33,153 bases of DNA from a virus. Taxonomy: Duplodnaviria; Heunggongvirae; Uroviricota; Caudoviricetes. Each line of letters opens with the position of its first letter. Position 1 is the first letter of the stretch. The stretch is taken from the IMG/VR virus record IMGVR_UViG_2529292972_000025. One strand, written 5' to 3'. Both the position numbers and the translations under genes were made by a program. Of this stretch, positions 26,711 through 33,153 are shown in pieces. The notes beneath the pieces are model-generated. The model saw nothing but the letters and a program-made list of their open reading frames with translations. It was not told where the DNA came from and ran no database searches.

Positions 26711-28999
26711 TTACATGAAAAATGACTCTTCATCTCGAAATCCGAACCACTCATTAATAACCATATACGTGAATTTTTTCCCGTCATAATTTACGGTTGC
26801 CCCACGCGCCAGCGCCTCAATCTCCCATCGCTGAGGCCTGATACCGTTCTGAGCAAGGTCAACGCGGATACGGGTAATTTGCATTCGTTCCGACCGGGTC
26901 AGTCTGGCCGATGGCGCTATTTCATGCGGTTTTAACGGGCTTCCGCTTCTTTGCTGACGGTTTGGTGTTCTCAGGTCGTGTTTTAATGCGCCCCTGAGCG
27001 CCCTCACGACCTCCGGGTCATTCCATTCGATAACACCGTCATCAACCAGATTAAGCACTGCGGCGGCGTGCTCAGAAGGTGTGGGAGCCGGTAACGAAGT
27101 ATCACCACCGGTGAGCTTTCCACAGTTATTGACAGGACTCCGAGGCGCGGCGATGCCGCTTTTTAAAGTCAAAGGCTCCACGACCGGAACTTTCGGCACA
27201 ATGCGCCAGTCCGTCGTTCTGGTGATATGAATATGACGCGCGCCGAGATGCGGCGCGTAAATGCCGACCACTCTCTCGACTTCTTCCTCGTACTCGTTAA
27301 CGTCATCCGACGGGCTACGGGCGACTCTGACAGTCTGGCAATCGCGCGGAACATTTGCCCCACCCTGCGCGCTGATATACAACGCAAAATCGCCACTGTC
27401 TGCGGCAGCACGTGCAGCCTCGACGCGTTCGTCAAACTCATCAGCAATGCTGACGCCGCGAGGCAATTTGCGTAGTTCACGGTAAGCCCCCATTGTCGGC
27501 AGGCCAACCGTTTTAAATTGCGGGATACGCCACGTTGACGCCCATGCGGTAACAGCCGCTGCAGTGTCTTTCAGCGGCCTGCCGGTATCGTTATCGAGCT
27601 GACCATCCAGTGCATAGCCGTCGATGTTTTTTGAAATGTATTTCGCGATATATCCCGCTGCACCGCCCCGGTTAAGGTGTTTTGCCTGAAAACGGTTTCG
27701 CGCAGCTCCTCTTTCATCGCCATCCTCTTTGAGCGCATAGCGACGCATGATTTCGATAATCTGGTTACGCTGGCGTGGATTACAAAAAAGCATCATATGC
27801 CAGTGCGGTGTTCCATCGTGGTGTGGCTCGACGACTCGCAAACCGTAGACCTGTAAATCATTATCCTTGAATGCCGTGCGCATCAGGCTCCAGATACGGC
27901 AGAGATAACGCTGCGCATCCTTTGGATTAAATGCCTCATCGTTCCAGCCGTGATTTAGCTGGACGGTTTTACTTTCGCCTTTTCCGACCTGACGTGTCGG
28001 GTGATACTTTGACGGCGTGGTCAGCGTGATAAACATCCCCACATCACCCTCTGCGGCGGCGTAACGCTCAATACCGGCAATGGTGTTCATCAGCTCCATC
28101 CGGCGAATTTCAGGATTAGAAATACTGCCCATCACCTTACTGATAAGGTCGATGCGTTCGCCGGTTTCCCTGTTTTCGAGGTCACACGATTTAAGAAATT
28201 CCAGATTTGCCTGGCGGCGCGCACGCACATCACGAATGGCGTGTTTACTGGCATAAGGAGAACGGTCTTTATTGACCTCCCCGACAGCAATCAGTAACGC
28301 CTCATGCCAGCGCATACGCTGGCCTTTAAGCTGATGAGTCCACCACTCATCGTTAAACAGGCGGGCAATGGCAGAATATGCCTGCCTCGTGGTCATCTGC
28401 CCTTTACGGTATTTTTTCCAGTAAAGCGGGGAAATATTGAAAGCACGTGCAGCGCCAGCAACATGACCATACAGGTGAGCCTGCGCCTCATCCGTAAACA
28501 GCGATTCTTTTTCGCCATGCGCATCCACCCAGGCATCGCAGATTTCCTCATACATCATGAAAAGCTGCGATGAGATACGGGCGGCAAACTTTTTCAGCTC
28601 CTTGTCATTCATTCCAGGCAGGCGCGCATAGTGGTCACGCTCTGCCAGAAACAGCAACGACGCGTCGGTGTTCATTTCATGGCGCTGATTCACGCGCTCA
28701 ATGCGCGGCCATAAACGACGCTGAAAAGTGGATGTGAGGAAATAAAACCCGTGCACCGGGCTTTTATTGCGCCGGATATAGTCATAGCGTGAAGTAAACA
28801 GCGAGCGCAAAAAGTAAGGCAGGCGGTTAATCGTGGATAAAACACCTTGCACCTGACGCATCTCGTCACGTGTAAGGGGTCTTTCGCGCCCGACAGCCTC
28901 ACGTGGCGCGTTCCATGCATAAGCACCGGTAAACGTCTTACCGGTGCCTGCGGCAAATGCTGACGAAGGGACAAAATGCCCGGAGGCTTTAACGGCCAT
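26711..28999 (-). CDS. A: Replication initiation protein gpA (rolling-circle endonuclease)
   Basis: Start taken at ATG 28999 (MAVKASGHFVPSSAFAAGTGK...); ORF track begins at a TTG at 29041. Confidence 0.85.
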   Translation of the reverse strand: MAVKASGHFVPSSAFAAGTGKTFTGAYAWNAPREAVGRERPLTRDEMRQVQGVLSTINRLPYFLRSLFTSRYDYIRRNKSPVHGFYFLTSTFQRRLWPRIERVNQRHEMNTDASLLFLAERDHYARLPGMNDKELKKFAARISSQLFMMYEEICDAWVDAHGEKESLFTDEAQAHLYGHVAGAARAFNISPLYWKKYRKGQMTTRQAYSAIARLFNDEWWTHQLKGQRMRWHEALLIAVGEVNKDRSPYASKHAIRDVRARRQANLEFLKSCDLENRETGERIDLISKVMGSISNPEIRRMELMNTIAGIERYAAAEGDVGMFITLTTPSKYHPTRQVGKGESKTVQLNHGWNDEAFNPKDAQRYLCRIWSLMRTAFKDNDLQVYGLRVVEPHHDGTPHWHMMLFCNPRQRNQIIEIMRRYALKEDGDERGAARNRFQAKHLNRGGAAGYIAKYISKNIDGYALDGQLDNDTGRPLKDTAAAVTAWASTWRIPQFKTVGLPTMGAYRELRKLPRGVSIADEFDERVEAARAAADSGDFALYISAQGGANVPRDCQTVRVARSPSDDVNEYEEEVERVVGIYAPHLGARHIHITRTTDWRIVPKVPVVEPLTLKSGIAAPRSPVNNCGKLTGGDTSLPAPTPSEHAAAVLNLVDDGVIEWNDPEVVRALRGALKHDLRTPNRQQRSGSPLKPHEIAPSARLTRSERMQITRIRVDLAQNGIRPQRWEIEALARGATVNYDGKKFTYMVINEWFGFRDEESFFM

Positions 29000-29264
29000 G
29001 TGTGCCAAAAGCCTCTGAACAACGCTTGCTGAGTTGCTCAACCTGCGCGTTTAAATCGGCAAAAGATTTTGCGCTTCCGGTCAGAATATCGTGATGCATC
29101 AGGCCGGAAACGAGCTGGCTTAATTTCGGGTAATAACCAACCACCGCCAGCCATTCCTGACCGGCGTTTTTACCGCTTTCCGCTCTCTTTTTCTCGTGGA
29201 GAATAAACTGAAAGCTGTCACTGGTAACGACATAACGTTCGCCAATTTCAATACGAATACTCAT
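28989..29264 (-). CDS. P2 orf83-like protein
   Basis: 91-aa ORF, GGAG Shine-Dalgarno, overlaps A start; position as in P2. Confidence 0.6.
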   Translation of the reverse strand: MSIRIEIGERYVVTSDSFQFILHEKKRAESGKNAGQEWLAVVGYYPKLSQLVSGLMHHDILTGSAKSFADLNAQVEQLSKRCSEAFGTHGR

Positions 29265-29485
29265 GCCGTTCTCCGGTAATGTTTGTTTTTTGCTTCAAAG
29301 ACTGACTGGCAGGAAACACAACGCGTGGCTGACGGATAAGCCGCACGACGGGCAGCAGGTATTGGCGCATCACACTCTTCGCAAACCAGCGCAGAAGCAC
29401 AGCAATGTTTTACCCTTGCCGCGTTAATCTGGCGCTCCAGTAATTCAGCCTGTTGTTCCTGAATGAAATCTACGTTGTCCGGCAT
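29261..29485 (-). CDS. DksA/TraR-type C4 zinc-finger protein (P2 orf82-like)
   Basis: 74-aa product with CxxC...CxxC motif (CEECDAPIP...RCVSCQ). Confidence 0.65.
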   Translation of the reverse strand: MPDNVDFIQEQQAELLERQINAARVKHCCASALVCEECDAPIPAARRAAYPSATRCVSCQSVFEAKNKHYRRTA

Positions 29486-29787
29486 TACCAGTTCCTTTTG
29501 TCGTTCAGTTTCTTAAATTCATCAGCGCAATAGCTGGCGAGTTCTGTCGTTAATTTAGTCAGTTCATCCACGGAGGAGATTTGCTTGTGGAATACAGCGC
29601 GTTTAACAAGTAAATTGACCACATCAGACAGGAGGTTTAATTCATTCTGATAAATCGCGATAACAGATTCAGTTATGTCGCGCTTTTCTTTATCAAGACC
29701 AAGTTGAATAAGAGACAAATCGCCATTTTCCATAACGGCGATTTTTAAGGCGTTATTCAGTAATACAATTGAACGAGAACAGGACAT
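29485..29787 (-). CDS. P2 orf81-like protein
   Basis: Start at ATG 29787 with GGAGG 8 nt upstream (track start 29790 is TTG). Confidence 0.6.
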   Translation of the reverse strand: MSCSRSIVLLNNALKIAVMENGDLSLIQLGLDKEKRDITESVIAIYQNELNLLSDVVNLLVKRAVFHKQISSVDELTKLTTELASYCADEFKKLNDKRNW

Positions 29788-30011
29788 CAAAGCACCTCCC
29801 CGCGAGACAATCCGATATTGTGAAATTTTTCCGACTCCTGACTGAGCAGCTCGACTATCTCCACGCGGGATAACTCCGCCTTTGTGATGTGGCGAATCAT
29901 GGCGTCAAGATGAGAAGAAAAGCGCGTCGCAGCGTCGGCCTGTGCTTCGGTTCTGGCCTGTTGCAGCAGTAATGCGTATATACCGCACTGATTTTCAGAA
30001 ACTGTATGCAT
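29787..30011 (-). CDS. P2 orf80-like protein
   Basis: 74-aa ORF between B and orf81. Confidence 0.6.
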
Positions 30012-30074
30012 GACTTTCTCCAGGCAAAAAGAAGCCCCGCACGATTAAGTGCGTTAAAAACTCTGGTTAATTAC

Positions 30075-30575
30075 TTAATGCAGATATTGCTCTGGTTTTA
30101 CCGACGTCAGAATTGTCGGTGCATACTCAAACAGACTGAATAATTCACGTAATGCACGGAATAAAGCATCACGCCAGTAACATGATTCTTCATTAATTCG
30201 CCAGTATGGCTGGTTAAATTCTTTTTCTGTCAGTCGTGCGTGCATAAATAAAGTGCGACGCTGACTGACTGTTAAAAAACTAATATATGCATACTCACTT
30301 GCGCCAACCTGACGGCGTTTTGAGAATGCCCCACGCAATTCATCAATTGCACATACCAGTCGTTCACGTTCGACGTCGTTCATTTCTTCAAAACGCATCG
30401 TTGCGTGACGCTGTTTTAACTGCGCATGGAAGCAAACCGTTAGCCGTTCACGTTCCATCATCTGATTATAATAATCGCATGTCTCCTGCCAGCGAGGGAC
30501 GGCCAGATGCTTACCAATTATCCGGCGCATAGCTGCTGGCTGTTTTTCAACGAGATTGAGCGTCATCACTGTCAT
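30075..30575 (-). CDS. B: Replication protein gpB (helicase loader)
   Basis: Start at ATG 30575 (MTVMTLNLVEKQ...) 7 nt after GGAGGG; P2 order. Confidence 0.8.
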   Translation of the reverse strand: MTVMTLNLVEKQPAAMRRIIGKHLAVPRWQETCDYYNQMMERERLTVCFHAQLKQRHATMRFEEMNDVERERLVCAIDELRGAFSKRRQVGASEYAYISFLTVSQRRTLFMHARLTEKEFNQPYWRINEESCYWRDALFRALRELFSLFEYAPTILTSVKPEQYLH

Positions 30576-30742
30576 TTCCATACCCTCCGGCTTTTCAGAA
30601 AGGTCAGAGCCTTTTTTAACGGACTCTGTTTTTTGGTACGGATAATGATTCCCTTACGCCCCTTACCGTGGGTGATGGTGAAGTCAATCGCCCTGGAGCT
30701 TTCGTTACGCAGTAACTGAGCAATACAACGAGGCTCATTCAT
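30572..30742 (-). CDS. P2 orf78-like small protein
   Basis: Start at ATG 30742 with AAGGAG 6 nt upstream (track start 30766 is GTG). Confidence 0.5.
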   Translation of the reverse strand: MNEPRCIAQLLRNESSRAIDFTITHGKGRKGIIIRTKKQSPLKKALTFLKSRRVWK

Positions 30743-30752
30743 ACGGTTCTCC

Positions 30753-31028
30753 TTAACGTGGTTCACCGAGACCTAACCACATCAACCAGCCGTCACGAAT
30801 CTCTTTAGGGCGGCTTTCATAAGCCAGTTTTAGTCCGTTATTCCATGCCGGAAGGTATACCCAATATTCACCTGCACGACCTGAAGCTGATTGTGGATCG
30901 GTCATATCAATTACAGGCAGCTTTCCTTTATCGATCATCCGACGAACCGCTCCTGTCGATTTTCCTATTAGTTTTGCGAACTCCTGATAAGGAATCGCAT
31001 CAGTCATGAGTGTTACTTGCTTGCTCAT
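30753..31028 (-). CDS. cox: Cox excisionase / repressor of Pc
   Basis: 91-aa product MSKQVTLMTDAIPYQEFAKLIGKSTGAVRRMIDKGKLPVIDM... with HTH; first gene of early operon, divergent from C. Confidence 0.9.
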   Translation of the reverse strand: MSKQVTLMTDAIPYQEFAKLIGKSTGAVRRMIDKGKLPVIDMTDPQSASGRAGEYWVYLPAWNNGLKLAYESRPKEIRDGWLMWLGLGEPR

Positions 31029-31040
31029 GTCGTCCTCTAG

Positions 31041-31150
31041 CCCTCATGAATTGCGTTTAATGTCTTATAATGCCTTTTAGTGCCCACATCCAAGCACTAA
31101 ACAATCTACATCTAAACTAAATACTATTGAGATCTAAACACTATGTCAAA
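31041..31150. promoter_or_regulatory. Immunity switch: convergent Pc / Pe promoters with two 8-bp operator repeats
   Basis: Plus-strand Pc: TTGCGT (31041-31046), TATAAT (31066-31071). Minus-strand Pe: -35 TTTGAC (31150-31145), -10 TAGTAT (31126-31121). Direct repeats ATCTAAAC at 31110-31117 and 31132-31139 flank the Pe -10, 22 bp apart. Confidence 0.65.
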
Positions 31151-31442
31151 CACGATAAGCGAGAAGATAGTCTTAATGCGAAAATCAGAGTATTTGAGCA
31201 GACAACAACTTGCTGATTTAACAGGGGTTCCGTATGGCACGCTGAGTTACTATGAAAGTGGTCGTTCAACACCTCCAACAGATGTCATGATGAACATCCT
31301 GCAGACCCCACAATTCACCAAATACACTTTATGGTTCATGACCAATCAGATCGCTCCTGAGTCCGGGCAAATTGCGCCCGCTCTCGCACACTTTGGGCAA
31401 AACGAAACAACGTCGCCCCACTCCGGTCAAAAGACTGGTTAA
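31143..31442 (+). CDS. C: Immunity repressor C
   Basis: 99-aa HTH product MSNTISEKIVLMRKSEYLSRQQLADLTGVPYGTLSYYESG...; between cox and int. Confidence 0.9.
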   Translation: MSNTISEKIVLMRKSEYLSRQQLADLTGVPYGTLSYYESGRSTPPTDVMMNILQTPQFTKYTLWFMTNQIAPESGQIAPALAHFGQNETTSPHSGQKTG

Positions 31443-31557
31443 CAATTCATCGTGAATATATTCATCACAAGTGCCTACTATTGGTGGCTAAATTTCAGCC
31501 ACCACGAAAAAAGCGATTAGTAGTCGCAAAAAAACACACCACTCGGAGGGTTTTCTG

Positions 31558-32571
31558 ATGGCAATCAAAAAACTCGATGATGGTCGATATGAAGTGGACA
31601 TCCGCCCTACTGGACGTAATGGAAAACGCATCCGTAGGAAGTTTGATAAGAAAAGCGAAGCTGTCGCTTTCGAGAAATACACGTTGTACAACCACCACAA
31701 TAAAGAATGGCTATCAAAACCAACAGACAAGCGACGTCTGTCGGAGCTGACACAGATCTGGTGGGATTTAAAGGGTAAACACGAAGAGCATGGGAAATCT
31801 AATCTTGGAAAAATTGAAATCTTCACAAAAATAACGAATGACCCATGCGCATTTCAAATTACGAAATCCCTTATCAGCCAGTACTGCGCCACCCGAAGAA
31901 GTCAGGGTATTAAACCTTCGAGTATCAATCGTGATTTAACATGTATTAGCGGCATGTTTACAGCCCTGATTGAAGCGGAGTTATTCTTTGGTGAGCACCC
32001 TATCAGAGGGACAAAGAGGCTTAAGGAGGAAAAACCAGAAACAGGCTATCTCACACAGGAAGAAATTGCCTTACTGCTTGCAGCACTTGACGGCGACAAT
32101 AAAAAGATTGCGATTCTTTGCCTGAGTACAGGAGCACGTTGGGGAGAAGCAGCTCGTTTGAAAGCAGAAAATATCATCCATAACCGCGTCACGTTTGTTA
32201 AAACGAAAACAAACAAACCACGCACCGTCCCGATCTCAGAGGCTGTTGCCAAAATGATCGCGGATAACAAACGAGGTTTTTTATTCCCTGATGCTGATTA
32301 CCCTCGCTTCAGACGAACAATGAAAGCAATAAAACCGGATTTGCCAACGGGGCAAGCCACACATGCACTAAGGCACAGCTTTGCCACTCATTTCATGATT
32401 AATGGAGGAAGTATTATCACGCTACAACGGATACTAGGTCACACGCGGATTGAGCAAACTATGGTTTACGCTCATTTTGCGCCAGAGTACCTTCAGGACG
32501 CCATTTCTCTTAATCCGCTAAGAGGTGGTACTGAGGCCGAGAGTGTCCACACAGTGTCCACAGTAGAGTAA
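31558..32571 (+). CDS. int: Tyrosine integrase
   Basis: 337-aa product, GGAGG Shine-Dalgarno, C-terminal HALRHSFATHF...GHTRIEQTMVYAHF catalytic region; ends 80 bp before attR. Confidence 0.9.
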   Translation: MAIKKLDDGRYEVDIRPTGRNGKRIRRKFDKKSEAVAFEKYTLYNHHNKEWLSKPTDKRRLSELTQIWWDLKGKHEEHGKSNLGKIEIFTKITNDPCAFQITKSLISQYCATRRSQGIKPSSINRDLTCISGMFTALIEAELFFGEHPIRGTKRLKEEKPETGYLTQEEIALLLAALDGDNKKIAILCLSTGARWGEAARLKAENIIHNRVTFVKTKTNKPRTVPISEAVAKMIADNKRGFLFPDADYPRFRRTMKAIKPDLPTGQATHALRHSFATHFMINGGSIITLQRILGHTRIEQTMVYAHFAPEYLQDAISLNPLRGGTEAESVHTVSTVE

Positions 32572-32650
32572 CGTTTAAGGGCTTTCAGTGGTAATTTATG
32601 CCGCTCAAACCCGCATTGTACCGTTGAAAGCCCCTACTGGTGACACCCTA

Positions 32651-32678
32651 AATCTCCCTTACACGGGCTTATTTTTTA
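32651..32678. repeat. attR core (28 bp)
   Basis: Identical to 1507-1534. Confidence 0.8.
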
Positions 32679-32835
32679 TGCATAAGCCCTATCCCTGATA
32701 ACCGTCTTCCATTGACCACATCGATAGAATCTCCCTTCATAGCACGATGCCTTTCACGTAACGGCATCGTGCTCGCACAGGTTCCGGCTAAGCACAACCA
32801 GAACGCGCATGTTTGACGCTTACCAAAAAATATTC

Positions 32836-33153
32836 TCACTCTCCACATTTGAATGTCAGACGAGCGACGCCATGTAATCCTGCACCTTCTGTCTTCAGGT
32901 CAACTATCTGCATTTTTTTGCCCTGAGTAACACAGAAATGGGCTGCATCATTTTTTACTATATTTTCTGCACCAGATATTCTGCCCCTGGCTAAAGAAGC
33001 TTCGGCTTCGGTGTAGTATTGGTTATCGAGTTTACGCTGAATATTACTTTTATATGCAAGACCAAATTTACCGATACTTGTCTCATCATTATGCACAGCA
33101 CAACCAGACATAAGAAAAACACTAATTAATGATATAGCAGCTATCTTTTTCAT
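32836..33153 (-). CDS. yegR: Putative lipoprotein YegR
   Basis: 105-aa product MKKIAAISLISVFLMSGC... with signal peptide and lipobox; start codon at window edge; host flank. Confidence 0.7.
   Translation of the reverse strand: MKKIAAISLISVFLMSGCAVHNDETSIGKFGLAYKSNIQRKLDNQYYTEAEASLARGRISGAENIVKNDAAHFCVTQGKKMQIVDLKTEGAGLHGVARLTFKCGE

Larger units (their letters stand above)
1507..32678. mobile_element. P2-like prophage (complete gene set), bounded by 28-bp att core repeats
   Basis: Perfect 28-bp direct repeat AATCTCCCTTACACGGGCTTATTTTTTA at 1507-1534 and 32651-32678; integrase adjacent to the right copy and ogr adjacent to the left; P2 gene order throughout. Confidence 0.9.

Noticed and set aside
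1-33153. CRISPR arrays, rRNA/tRNA genes, IS elements
   Set aside because: No regularly spaced short repeats, no rRNA-like or cloverleaf tRNA sequence and no transposase ORF seen; the only mobile element is the prophage.

Overview
Enterobacterial (E. coli-like) chromosome segment yegQ–cyaR … yegR carrying an apparently complete P2-like prophage of about 31.2 kb, integrated at the 3' end of the cyaR sRNA gene. A 28-bp att core is duplicated at 1507-1534 and 32651-32678. The prophage lies in reverse orientation: ogr, D, U, T, E/E-prime, FII, FI (minus); a Gin/Cin/Pin-family invertase with a ~1.9 kb invertible tail-fibre segment; H, I, J, W, V, S, R, lysC/B/A, K, Y, X, L, M, N, O (minus); P, Q (plus); cos; a cargo island in the position that tin/old occupy in P2; A, orf83-80, B, orf78, cox (minus); C and int (plus). 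The most interesting part is the cargo island (about 23.8-26.7 kb), which looks AT-rich by eye. It holds a retron-type reverse transcriptase as the last gene of a three-gene operon (51-aa protein, XRE-type HTH protein, RT) behind a ~330-nt hairpin-rich leader that may be a retron msr/msd RNA. Next to it is a second module of unrecognised small genes. Family calls rest on my recognition of the translated sequences and on gene order; no database search was run. Exact RT family (retron versus Abi-P2-like) and the function of the cargo genes are unresolved.
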